Assembly: GCF_006345805.1 (NCBI RefSeq)
Contig: NC_043015.1
Location: 21,762,001 to 21,826,000, forward strand
DNA: 64,000 nt
Reading direction: 5' to 3'
DNA from: Octopus sinensis
Lineage: Eukaryota
Shown: positions 52,063 through 64,000 of the stretch, piece after piece
Position numbering within the stretch: the first letter of the stretch is position 1
Layout: each line of letters opens with the position of its first letter
Made by a program: the position numbers and the translations under genes
The notes under the pieces: generated by a model
What the model saw: only the letters and a program-made list of their open reading frames with translations
The model's database searches: none
What the model was told of the DNA's origin: nothing

Positions 52063-52915
52063 TAAACCTCATAATTTATTTTGCTGTGTATGATGGAAGT
52101 GTCAGCTGTCCACAGCCAGCAGACAAGAGTGATTTTTTTACGGGTCATGCTTCAAGAAACCTGCGAAGAATTCTTGCAGTTCCACGCAATGCTGTAGGTG
52201 TTCAACCTTCACACTTGTACCAATCTTTGTCAGGCATTTTGGCAGTTGAGTGTTGATATTTTCACGTTCTCCATTTACTATTGATTATCGCCTCTACTCT
52301 GCTCATTGACCACAGCGTTCGTATTTCCCACTTCAAATCGACTCGTCCTTGTATATTTTTTTCTTTTTTTCACATTGAACCTGATGTCATCGGGACATGC
52401 TATGTCGATTACCAAATATGTTCTTTGTTTGTATCACCACAACAAGGTCCAGTTTCCGATGTTGGTCGGGTGATCGCACTGGATCTCTAAATTCCACAAG
52501 ATTTTGCAGTTCTCATTTCGTTGTCTCCTTCTGGAGTTTTCTCATACCAAGTCTTTGCTCTTTGTAGGTCGTAGTTTCCACAGAGCCCCCAATGGATCAT
52601 GCTTGCCACACTGTCATGCTGTGTTTGTTTTCGCGTTGTACCAACTTCGAGCATTCACTAGCGATGGACCATACCGTTTCACACCTCTCACAACACACTC
52701 TGCATTTGCGCAATCGGTAGTTTGTCTATTCTGCACTGCATTTACTTGTTCCTTAATGCTTGTTCCTGAACAGCGCATATGCTAGATTCCTTCTCTATCT
52801 CCAAGTAACTCCTCTCATCCATAGACGCCAGTCCTCTGTATCTGCCTTGGCTTTCGCATCTCTTGCAAACTGACCATACATTTTCTTTTCTTTCCATACT
52901 TTTTACTTTTTATCA
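52062..52915 (-). mobile_element. Duplicate of the 50425-51280 Dong fragment
   Basis: Near-identical sequence with the same endpoints. Confidence 0.85.
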
Positions 52916-52958
52916 TTATTATTATTATTATCATCCTCATTATTATTACTATTATTAC

Positions 52959-53034
<76 letters not shown>

Positions 53035-53053
53035 ATTATTATTATTATTATTA

Positions 53054-53120
<67 letters not shown>

Positions 53121-53139
53121 CACTATTATTATTATTATT

Positions 53140-56034
53140 CAGTAGTTTTATTTTTATAGCGTGCTTTCACTTCACTACCGAGCGCAGCTCTGTGTGCCTT
53201 AGGTATGTGCTGTGATTTGTTGTGATGCTCTGATGGTTATTGTATTGGAAGTGTTCTGCGTAGGATGTGTGCAGTGCCTAGTAGTGCAATTTTCTGTATG
53301 TTATATGTGTTTGTAAGTCCTTTTTTTGTTATGTATTTGTGTGAATATGTTTTTATCATGCCTAATGCACCTACTATGATAGGAATTGTTTCCACATTCT
53401 AGTTACCTCTATTTCCAGGTCTTTGTATTTTGAGAGTTTCTCCATTTCTTTTAGAGACACGTTGTCATCAGCCGGTATTGATACATCAATTAGAAAGCAT
53501 TTTTTTCTTCATGATCTCTGACAACTATATCTGGTCTGTTGGTCTTGATTTCTCTATCTGTGTGTATCGGCATATCCCAGAGTATGGTTGCTTTCTCGTT
53601 TTCTGTGACCTTTTCTGGTGTGCCTATACCATCTTTTTTCTGTTGTTATTCCATAATATTGTCATAGCTTCCAATGTATGTAGGTTCCAACACTGTCATG
53701 TCTGTGATTATATTCCTTCTTAGCCAGGACTGGGCAGCTAGAGATAATATGATTTATTGTTTCTTGTCCATCTCCACATATTCTGCAGTTACTTGTAATA
53801 TTTCTTTTCATTACATGTGTTTGGTAATTTCTGGGGGGGGGGCTTTGGTCTTGTGCTGCAATTAAAAACCCCTCTGTTTCTGCTTTGAGTCCTGAGCTTC
53901 TCAACCATTGCTGGGATTTTTCTTTGTCTATTTCTTTTGCGTTTAGTTTAGTCCAGTATTTCCCATGAAGGAGCTTTTCTTGCCATCGTTTTATCATGGT
54001 TCGTTGCTGTTCTATTTTTAGTTTGGATTTCATTTGTTTTATAGCTTTTGTTGTTTCTTCATCTTCTTCTTCATGTTTATTAGGTGTTATGATTTCTTGT
54101 TTGTATTTGTCAGCTTCCTTAAATACTGAGAACAGTTTTTTGTTTTGCTCGTGTTTTGCCGCTATCTGGACCAGTTTTCCTTCCTTCTGAAGTAGATATT
54201 TTTGCAGTCCTATGGTGGTTATTTTATAGTAGTTTTCCAGCTGTATAAGGCCTCTATCCACTTCTATACGTTGTATATATAGTCTTTCTATGTCAGATTT
54301 TGGGTGATGCATCCTAGATCCTGTCATTATTTTTCTTGTTTTCCTATCTATTTTGGTCAGTTCATTTCGTGTCCAGTTAAGGATATTGTAGCTGTAACTT
54401 ATAACTGGGACAGCTAAAGTGGTGATACCTATTATCTTGTTTTTAGCATTGAGCTCTGTGTTTAGTATTGATCTAACTCGTCAATAATATTCTTTTTTAT
54501 TTTCTCTTTCATTGTGTGTGTTGTGTCTTATCTAGTTCATGGATTCCTAAGTATTTGTAAGTTTGGCTTTGGTCTAATTCTTTTATTTCATTGGTTTTAT
54601 CTAGTGTGATGTTGTTACTCTTAACTAGTTTTCCTCTTTTCATGGTTACTTTGGCGCATTTTTCTAATCCAAATTTCATATCTATTTCTTTGGTAAATCC
54701 ATGAACTGTCTTTAATAGTGTTTCCAGCTGTTTGTCATTTGCAGCGTATAGTTTTAGATCATCCATATATAAAAGGTGGCTGATCGTTTTGCCGTAACAT
54801 TTATATCCGCATCCAGTTCTATTTAGTATATCAGATAGAGGTGACAGTGCCAAGCAGAAAAGGAGTGGAGAGAGCGTGTCTCCCTGGAATATTCCTCTTC
54901 TAATGGAGATGTCTTTGGTTTTCACGAGTCCCTCTTTTGTTTGGAGGTGTAGGACTGTTTGCCATTTATTCATAGAGTGCTCTATGAATTTTATGATTGT
55001 TGGTGCTACTTTGTTAATGGCTAGTGTTTCGAGGATCCATGTGTGGGGGATGCTATCAAACGCCTTTTTGCAGTCAATCCAGGCCATACTGAGGCGTTTC
55101 TTCTTTCTGTGGCTGTCTTCAGTTATGGCTTTATAATCATTAGTTGATCTTTACAGCCATATGAACCTTTGCGGCATCCTTTCTGCTCTTCTGGGAACAG
55201 TTTGTTTTCGTCCAGGTGCTTGTTCAGCCTTTGCGATATCACTGCAGTAAATGCCTTGAACATAGTAGGGAGGCAGGTTATTGGTCTGTAGTTTTCTGGT
55301 TTTTCTGTTTCATTTGATTTGGGAATTAAGATGGTTTTCCCCTTCGTGAGCCATTCAGGCATTGTCTCTGGCTCTGCTAGTATGTTGTTAAAATTTTCAG
55401 CCAGCTTTTTGTGCATTCCTGTTAGATATTTCAACCAGAAGTTGGGGATCTTGTCATGCCCAGGTGCCTTCCAGTTGCTTAGTCTTTGCAGTGCCTGGGT
55501 GACCTCTTCAGTTGTTATGGGGGTCCAAAGTTGTTCAGATGCCGAGTTTGTTATTTTGATACTCCTTTTTTTTGGTTGTTCGTTCGCCGACCATATTTCT
55601 CTCCAGAATTCTTCCAATTCTTCTGCCGTTGGTGCTGCAGTGACTTCTATTTTATTTTTGCCCAGTTCTGGTAGAACTTTTTGGGGTTGGAGTTGAACTT
55701 TTTGTTTTGTTCAAAGAAGCTTTGGCGTTTCTCGTACCGGCGGATCCTTTGTGCTTTGGCAAGGATATCTTGCTTCAGCTTTTCTTTTATCTCAGGCAAA
55801 TCTTTCTCTGTGATGTTATATTTGCGGAGTATTTTTGTTCTCTTTTTGTTGCTCAGTAGCGTTGCTTGTTTGCTGATTTCATTAACAATCGACAGGTCTT
55901 TTCTAATTTTTTTAATTTTGTTTTAGATGTTATTTATCCACAGGGTTTGTTTGGGTGGTGGTACTCCTGTTTGGGCGGGTTTGGGTGAGTATCCAGCTTC
56001 TTTTGTGGCTGCAGTGGCTGCTGCGTATATTAAG

Positions 56035-56038
<4 letters not shown>
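53140..56038 (-). mobile_element. ~2.9-kb 5'-truncated R4/Dong-clade LINE (RT, CCHC, RLE), frameshifted
   Basis: WKAPGHDKIPNFWLK, NYRPITCLPTMFK, WIDCKKAFDSIPH, RGIFQGDTLSPLLF, HLLYMDDLKL; CRICGDGQETINHIISSCPVLAKKEYNHRHD; RLE remnant; (AAT)n on both sides. Confidence 0.93.
54509..55617 (-). pseudogene. R4/Dong reverse transcriptase (two frames: 55123-55617 and 54509-55087)
   Basis: RT motifs including QGDTLSP and YMDD. Confidence 0.92.
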
Positions 56039-56070
<32 letters not shown>

Positions 56071-56072
<2 letters not shown>

Positions 56073-56603
56073 GAGTGAGAGAGCAGTTCATGCCATCAAA
56101 GTGACACTGGGGTAAAATATACGAAGCCCAATATACCCATCATGACTACCCGTCTGATAAAGGTACACCAGGCACATGCATCACAACCATATGTGCGCGA
56201 CATGGTGATCTCATATCAAGATAAACAGCACATGACCTTGCAGGTGGGGCCCAGTTAGAATTTTCTTCAGGTTGAGTAGCCCATCCTGCTCAAAAGGTCC
56301 TTGAATAAGGGTTGCTTTAGGATGTTGAACGAAACACCTATGTTTCCAGAGGTGAACCATTCAAACTCCAAAGAATCCCTCTCAACACATGGCCATGATG
56401 CTCCCCCACTACTTCTGCTCGTGATCAGAGATGCACGTATTGTCAGCCACTACGGGACATGCTCAACTGGTTAAGGTCAAACAACTGACAAGCAAATCTG
56501 TGGTATTGAGCAGAATATTTGCTGTAGCCCATCTTTTATACCAAGACAAAACAATGTACATGATAACACTTCCAATCAGTTAAGATCAGAAGCCATGAGA
56601 GCC
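56071..56603 (-). mobile_element. (TAA)n-embedded element, copy 3 (slightly 5'-truncated)
   Basis: Same left end as the other copies; the right end stops ~20 bp earlier. Flanked by (ATT)n. Confidence 0.8.
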
Positions 56604-56626
56604 TATTATTATAATTATTATTATTA

Positions 56627-56700
<74 letters not shown>

Positions 56701-56702
56701 CA

Positions 56703-56932
56703 TTGAGTGAGAGAGTAGTGCATGCCATCAAAATGACACAGGGGTAAAATATACGAAGCCAAGTATACCCATCATGACTACCTGTCCGATAAGTGTACGC
56801 CAGGCACATGCATCACAACCATATGTGCGCAACATGGTGATCTCATATCAAGATAAACAGTGCATGGACTTGCAGGTGGGGCCCAGTTAGAAATTTCTTC
56901 TGGTCGAGTAACCCATCCCGCTCAAAAAGTCC
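56703..56932 (-). mobile_element. (TAA)n-embedded element, copy 4 (3' ~230 bp only, more diverged)
   Basis: Same left end, truncated on the right, with several substitutions. Confidence 0.75.
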
Positions 56933-57039
56933 TTCTTCTTCTTCTACTTCTTCTTCTTCTTCTCTTCTTCTTCTTCTTCTTCATCTTCTTCTTCTTCTTC
57001 TTCTTCTCTTCTACTTCTTCTCTTCTTCTTCTTCTTTTT

Positions 57040-57746
57040 TATATTTGTTAGGTCGTATGATTTGTTGTTTGTATTTTCAGCTTCCTTAAACACAGAGAAC
57101 AGTTTTTTGTTTTGCTCGTATCTTGCCGCTATTTGTGTCGGTTTTCTTTGCTTCTGAAGTAGAAATTTATGCAGTCATATGATGGTTATATTATAATAGT
57201 TTACCAGCTGTATAAGTCCTTTACCACCTTCTATAGCTTGTATATATATCCTTTCTATGTTAGATTTTGGGTGTTGCATCCTAGATCCTGTCATTATTTT
57301 CCCTGTTTCCCTATCCATTTTGGTTATTTCAGTTAGTGTCCAGTTAAGGATATTGTAGCTGTAACTTATAGCTGGGACGGCTAAAGTGTTAATACCTATT
57401 ATCTTGGTTTTAGCATTAAGCTCTGTTTTTAGTATTGATCTAACTCGTCTATAGTATTCTTTCTTTATTTTCTCTTTCATTTGTGTGTATTGTGTCTTAT
57501 CTAGTTCATGGATTCCTAAGTATTTGTAAGTTTGGCTTTGGTCTAATTCTCTTATTTCATTGGCTTTATCTAGTGTGATGTTGCTACTCTTAACTAGTGT
57601 TCCTCTTTTCAGTGTTACTTTGGCGCATTTTTCTCAACCAAATTTCATATCTATTTCTTTGGCAAATCCATGAACTGTCTCTAGTAGTGTTTCCAGCTGT
57701 TTGTCATTTGTAGCGTATAGTTTTAGGTCATCCATATATAAAAGGT
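57040..57746 (-). mobile_element. Internal R4/Dong RT fragment, same family as 53140-56038
   Basis: ILNRTGCGYKCYGKTINHLLYMDDLKL...MKEKIKKEYYRRVRSILKTELNAK. Confidence 0.9.
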
Positions 57747-57815
57747 GGTTGATCGTTTTGCCGTAACATTTATATCCGCATCCAGTTCTATTTAGTATAT
57801 CAGATATTATTATTA

Positions 57816-57850
<35 letters not shown>

Positions 57851-57954
57851 TTATTATTATTATTATTATTATTATTATATTATTATTATTAATTATTATT
57901 ATTATTATTATTATTATTATTTTATTATTATTGTTGTTGTTGTTGTTGTTATTA

Positions 57955-57989
<35 letters not shown>

Positions 57990-57996
57990 TATTATT

Positions 57997-58250
57997 ATTC
58001 AGAATTTTTATTTTTATAGCGTGCTTTCACTTCACCACCGAGCGCAGCTCTGTGTGCCTTAGGTATGTGCTGTGATTTGCTGTGATGCTCTGATGGTTAT
58101 TGTATGGAAAGTGTTCTGCGTAGGATGTGTGCAGTGCCTAGTAGTGAATTTTTTCTGTATGTTATATGTGTTTGTAAGTTCTGGTTACAAACACATTTAA
58201 CATACAGAAAATTGCACTACTAGGCACTGCACACATCCTACGCAGAACAC
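57997..58250 (-). mobile_element. Short Dong 3' end with fold-back inversion
   Basis: The 3' UTR is nearly identical to 53140-53320. Inverted arms 58111-58177 and 58185-58250. Confidence 0.85.
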
Positions 58251-58302
58251 TTATTATTACTATTCCTTATTATAATTATTATTATTATTATTATTATTAT
58301 TA

Positions 58303-58348
<46 letters not shown>

Positions 58349-58389
58349 GTTATTATTATTATTATTCATATGCATTATTATTCATAGGA

Positions 58390-58716
58390 TATTGGAGAGT
58401 TGGAAAAGAAAAATTTCCAAACACCGGGCTACGAGAAGTGACCTCAGATGCCAAGAACCCTCCTAAGTATCTTTGATGTCTTTAATAACACTGTTTTCTG
58501 GAGCTATATTAAACTGGCTTTTAGACTTTTTTCCTCTATTCATCTATCCAAATTATTGGAATACATTTTGCCCCCATTTTCTATAGTCGGTGTTATTCAA
58601 TGACTAGGTCCTGGTATTTTCCTAGTTTTCTTTATCTCTGTATCTCTATTGACATTTTTCATCACTTGGGACTCTAACGTGAATTATCTGACGCTTTCTA
58701 TTCCCTTTGTCTACTG

Positions 58717-58809
<93 letters not shown>

Positions 58810-58880
58810 AATCAGGCCCTCTGATGCCTATTACTCTGTCATTCTGAATGTTGAGGTCCCACAACATTTTATATTTCTTA
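58390..58880 (-). mobile_element. Decayed Dong RLE fragment with an in-frame (GTA)n expansion
   Basis: LWDLNIQNDRVIGIRGPDL-(V)n-AVDKGNRKRQIIHVRVPSD. Confidence 0.75.
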
Positions 58881-58939
58881 CGTTCTCGTACTTCACAGAA
58901 GCTGCTGAGTATCTAATTAATGATAATGCTCATTTATTT

Positions 58940-59640
58940 ACAGCTTACACTAAATTCATTAGTTCCCTTACAAATCTGATGTACTCCTTCCCGATTTTCG
59001 TTTTCGTTTCTTTAGTTAGTACTCTGTTAGTTTCTAATACTCCTAGATACTCGCAACTTTCATTTTCTTTCATTGAACTTAATATCTCTTTATCAGGTAA
59101 CTGGATACCTTCGCTGATGACTACCTGTTCCCTTCTCGTGACTAATGTTACACACTTATCTACGTCAAATTCCATGTCTATATCTTTACTGAAGAGTCTT
59201 ACAGTCTGTATTAAGATATCTATCTCTTCTTAATTCTTACTAAAAACAAGAACTCCAGATCATCCATATAGAGCAAATGCTTAATGGTTTCCTTATCATT
59301 TCTGAACTGATACCCTACCTTTGCCTTCCTTAATACTAAACTGAGGGGGATCAAACAAGAAATATTTAAGGGGACAACGAATCCCCTTGGAAAATTCCTC
59401 GCTTGATATTAACCTGAGTATAGAACTACATTACATTTCTTCATGCTAAAGCTAATTAATTGTCTTATGTTGTCTACTTTACTGAATATACTCAAACATT
59501 CACTTATCCATGTTTGAGGGATTATGTCATAGGCTTTCGTATAATGAGTCCATGCTATAATTAGATATTTCTTTCTAGCTTTAACTTCATTTAAAACAGT
59601 TTTTTCAATATATAATGGATCATGCGTTCCTCTACCCTAC
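58940..59640 (-). mobile_element. Older decayed R4/Dong RT fragment
   Basis: GIFQGDSLSP, KHLLYMDDL, MEFDVDKC and YLGVLE remnants. Confidence 0.8.
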
Positions 59641-60576
59641 TTCCTGCAACTTTTCTGTTCTTTTGCAGCAAACTCTGGTTTTTCAATCACACACAGGTTA
59701 AAATAATTACAACTTAGCTCTAATGAGAAAACTAATTTCCACTCAGCGCTATCTTGGAACATCTGAGATGAATTTACGCACTCACTTTCTTAAAGTCGTC
59801 TTTGCGAAACCTTTGTCACGGTTTGTAGTCATTCTTCCAAAACGACAACATCTTCGAAAACGTTACTTCTGTGCAATCAGTGCCAAGAAGCACATTTTAG
59901 AGATAATTTGATCGACGATAAATTGTAGTGAAAGTCTTTTCAAACCACACCTGATCTTGGATTAGAAAGCATCTCGGTGCTCGTTGTTTAGTGCAAAGTA
60001 ATTCTAAAATAACACATTCTCAGGGATGGAGTAGATTGAATCAACATTTTACTCTGCTTTGTCAAGGATAAATAAAATTTAAACAACCACAACAACCTAA
60101 AAACCAGAATCAACAAGAGAATCGAAAGCAACCAGAACGTCAAAAATAACAAAAGTCAATATGAGTCTGTTTTCCGTTTCATTTCACTGGCTTTTCGCCT
60201 ACAGGGCTTTACGTAAATCCTTTTGTGAGACGGGTTTCTCCAACACAAAGAGTAGTACAACATTTTAAAATTCACAATGCAAGACAAAAACGAACAAAAT
60301 TACAGTAGTAAGGAAAATTGAAAACCTTGCGATTTCCGGCAAGATCGTTTGTTTGCGACAGATGAAAGCGTCGGTTCATCTTTCTCTTTTTTCCCAGAGG
60401 AAATCTTCAGTTTGAAATTCATTTTATTATTCGATTCTTTCTCATAACAAATTAATTTATAGCCTTTTGGTTAGTCGCTGCAAGCCAGCACTGTTTCCTC
60501 CTCGATACGGAAGACTTCGAATTGACTTGGCGTGTTTACATCTACTTGTCTACAGCAAGATTTTTCTCCATGACTA

Positions 60577-60655
<79 letters not shown>

Positions 60656-60796
60656 TTCTACTACTACTACTACTACTACTAGTACTACTGCTGCAGGTTC
60701 TGCTGCTGCTGATGATGATGATAGTGGTGATCATGAGGATGTTGATGATGATGGTGATGATGATGATGATGATGATGGTGGTGGAGATGATGATGA

Positions 60797-60827
<31 letters not shown>

Positions 60828-60849
60828 GTAATAATAATAATAATGATGG

Positions 60850-61053
60850 TCTCAAATTTTTCCACAGGGTCAACCATTTTAGGGGGGACAAGTCGATTAC
60901 ATCGTCGCCATTGTTTCACTGGTACTTCATCGACCCAAATAGGATGAAAGGCAATGTCGACCTCGATGGAGTCTGAACTCAGAACGTAGCGACGGGCGAA
61001 GTACTGCGAGACATTTAGCCTATCATGCAAACATTTCAGCTAGCTCAGCGCCT
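60850..61053 (-). mobile_element. Diverged family-B SINE
   Basis: GGATGAAAGGCAATGTCGACCTCGATGGAGTCTGAACTCAGAACGTA is homologous to the other copies. Confidence 0.75.
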
Positions 61054-61057
61054 TATG

Positions 61058-61113
<56 letters not shown>

Positions 61114-61115
<2 letters not shown>

Positions 61116-61820
61116 GTATCTCAACAGGCACGATAGAGCTGCACAATATATTCACTGGGTAATCTGTAAAAACCTGGATTTGCCCCATGAAAAAAACTGG
61201 TGGGAACACAAACCACCCCCAGTGCTTGAAAATGACCACATCTCACTCCTCTGGAACTTCACCATTCAAACTGACGGAAAGATAGATGCAAATAGGCCAG
61301 ACATCATATTGAAAGACTTCAAACAAAGAACATGCCTCCTCATTGATATGACTGTCCCAATCGATATAAACGTATCTGTCAAGACCTACCAAAAACTGAG
61401 CAAATATAAAGATCTTGAAATAGAAATCAGCAAAATGTGGAAGCTGAAGACTAAAACAATACCTGTTGTCATAGGTGCCCTGGGAATGATAGCAAAAGGG
61501 GCTGATAGCTACCTAACTCAGATACCAGGAAACCCAAAAATGGCAGAAGTTCAAAAGATAGTGCTCATGGGAACTGCTCATATCCTACGCAAAATACTCT
61601 CTATGTAATCTCAAGGTTTAAAACAAACATAATTTTCGGTTTAAAAAAAAAAAAAACCCTTTTTTTTTAGACATTAATTAGTACAACATCCCCAACCTCC
61701 AAATATATAGCACACTAGGCATAACAACAACATGAACTTCCAACCCTGTTGTCTCTTGAGGTCTCTGGGTGAGACTTGGAGCCAACTTGTACAAATATAA
61801 AGCAAAAGTCAAACATAGAA
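61114..61820 (+). mobile_element. 5'-truncated R4/Dong LINE 3' end with an open RLE frame, inserted in (AAT)n
   Basis: YLNRHDRAAQYIHW...LLWNFTIQTDGKIDANRPDIILKD...LLIDMTVP...KLSKYKDLEIEI...VVIGALG* (PD..D motif). (AAT)n lies on both sides. Confidence 0.92.
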
Positions 61821-61836
61821 TAATAATAAAAAAAAA

Positions 61837-61887
<51 letters not shown>

Positions 61888-62259
61888 GGGAAAAAAAAAA
61901 TAAATAAATAAACGTAAACAGGTTTGACCTTTTACTGACCATTAACGTCCTTTGTCTCCACCATCTACCGTGGCTATTTATAGACCCAAAGAACATGAAT
62001 TCTTTAACCACACATTCTCCAACACAATGGAGTGTTGATGGTGGCTGTGGCTACACATTGAAGATGATGATGATGATGGTGATGTTGCTGATGATGGTGA
62101 TGGTGGTGAAGATGATAGTAATAACAATAATAGCTGACAGATCCCGTCTTTTTCCCTTTCTTTTCGTTTCCTTCTCCGTATTTTATTCTCATTATTTCGA
62201 ACTAATACAGACACAGTAAGCCTTGAAGAAAGGAAGAGGAGGAAAGGAAGAAAAAAAAA

Positions 62260-64000
62260 ATGTCCGGAGATAAAACTATCAACAAAAAAAATACAGACGA
62301 ATATAGATCTGCTAGTCTTAAGAAGCGGCGCTATGAGCAATGCTTACATGTAGTGAACCCTAAACTGACAGATCCATCTCCTAATATAAGAATGGATGCT
62401 CGTCATGCTTCAAGGTCAACAAATCAAACAATAAACCGCATTGGTCATTGCGCGGATTACAAAAGACCACGTACCCGAAAATTGAACCAAATCCTGATTG
62501 AAAAATCAGTTACTGGATCAAATCTTCCCAACACACAGGAGCTGGACGAATCCCACAACCGGAATATTCCAACAGATGGCCATCCATGCTCATCACCAAA
62601 TAATCAAAAGAAAAAGAAGGAAAAATGGTCTAGGGAAGATAATAAAGAAGTTCTCGAGGCCTTTAACCATGCCATATATTTCCCCACAGATAAGTCTAGC
62701 ACTGTACAAGCATACTTAAACTGGAGACAGAAACACCCTGAAGTAAGACCCTACATAGACAGTAACAAGCTTGCCAATGTTAGAAGAAACATTATAAAAA
62801 AGAAATTACTGACTGAAGTAGAGATTGATCAGGTTAGACAAGCAATATCGGATAAAATGAACGAAGCTGCAGGTAGAGAAGATAATACAGAGGAAATGAT
62901 TATAGACCAGCCCAGGGCGGATAAAAACGAAGAGAGGATTGAAAGAGTTAGTATAAGTGATAGGCAAAGTGAAATACGCCCTGAACCAATCATAAACACT
63001 AAGACAGATGAGCATCAAATAGATAAAGAAAGTCACACAAATATTGACCCAACAGAACTACATGAGCTAAAAAATCAAATCATGATTGAATGGCTGAAAA
63101 TTAAAGAAACCAGCATGGATGAGCGTGATACACTTCCTAAAATCCGCAACTCTAACCAAAACATGAAAATAATTGGTAAAATCCGGCTTGCACTTAAGGA
63201 TATAATTTCAGTTAATGATGTTGATATCACAAACCTCAACCACCTACTATGCATCCGCGAAAATCTCAACGATCCTATGTGGTGTAAAGATTAGAAAACG
63301 GCAACAGTCCCACAAAAAGCATTCTTGGCAAGAGCGTCTGCAACAACAAATTAAAGTATTTAGATCTGACATTGAATATTTGAAAAACCTTAAGGCTCAC
63401 AAGACTACCAAACCTACAAAAACCCAAAAAATTACTGAAAAAATACAATATGAAAACTATACTTGATATTGATGCCACCATAGAAACCATCAAACAAAAG
63501 GTATCTGCCAAAGCTACCCGCATAGCGAGGTATGAAAAGCGTGTTAGATTTTTCAAGGACAACAACATGTTCAAAAATAACACCAAGAATTTTTACAGGA
63601 AGATAGGAAAAACAGCGTTTACTGCAGGGTCTGTACCATCAAAAGAAGAAGTGCAGAGATTTTGGAATAAACCTGGGCAGAAGAAAAAACACACAACGAA
63701 AAGGCCCCCTGGATTGACAGAATATCTACAGAACTGGACCCCTTAGAAGAGCAAAAGTGGGAGGGTGTCAAGGTAGAAGATATAAGATCTGCTCTCAGGA
63801 GGTCAAGCAAATGGAAGTCTCCAGGAAAGGATAAAATTCCTAACTTCTGGCTGAATGCCTTCCCAGAGAGCCATGAACTACTAACAGAACTGTACAATGA
63901 TGTTCTGCAACACCCTAGTAGGATGCCTCCTTGGCTAGTTAATGGGTTAACATTCCTGCTTCCAAAAAGTGAAGAAACAAATGAACCAAAAAACTATAGA
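62260..64000 (+). mobile_element. 5' part of a long R4/Dong-clade LINE (N-terminal domain to start of RT), runs off the window
   Basis: A 344-aa ORF with KWSREDNKEVL...KLANVRRNII..LLTEVEIDQVR, then frameshifted segments ATRIARYEKR...KNFYRKI and WKSPGKDKIPNFWL...TFLLPKSEETNEPKNYR, homologous to 55123-55900. Confidence 0.88.

Overview
This is a very AT-rich, gene-poor metazoan window made almost entirely of microsatellites ((TA)n, (TCTA)n, (CA)n, (TTC)n, (ATT)n) and decayed transposons. The SINE families resemble, from recall, those of octopus, so a cephalopod origin is an inference. I found no convincing host protein-coding exon, and most short ORFs in the supplied track are microsatellite read-throughs. 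Recognisable content: four or five Helitrons (three with PIF1-helicase remnants), a near full-length rearranged RTE LINE, Tc1, mariner and Tigger fragments, HERO-like RLE LINE pieces, CR1 and RTE 3' ends, two tRNA-type SINE families, and several Penelope-like (GIY-YIG) elements. From about 48.3 kb to the end is a dense nest of R4/Dong-clade LINEs sitting in (TAA)n repeats. The most interesting signals are three. (1) Minimal hammerhead-ribozyme-like motifs in the Penelope terminal repeats, with non-canonical but compensatory 3-8 core pairs (A3-U8, U3-A8) and palindromic helix III. (2) A ~555-bp non-coding, 5'-truncated element found only inside (TAA)n next to Dong LINEs, a candidate non-autonomous passenger. 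(3) Recurrent 5' fold-back hairpins at retro-insertions of several unrelated families. One 100-N gap and two probable assembly redundancies are present. All calls were made by eye, without database searches, and coordinates are approximate.
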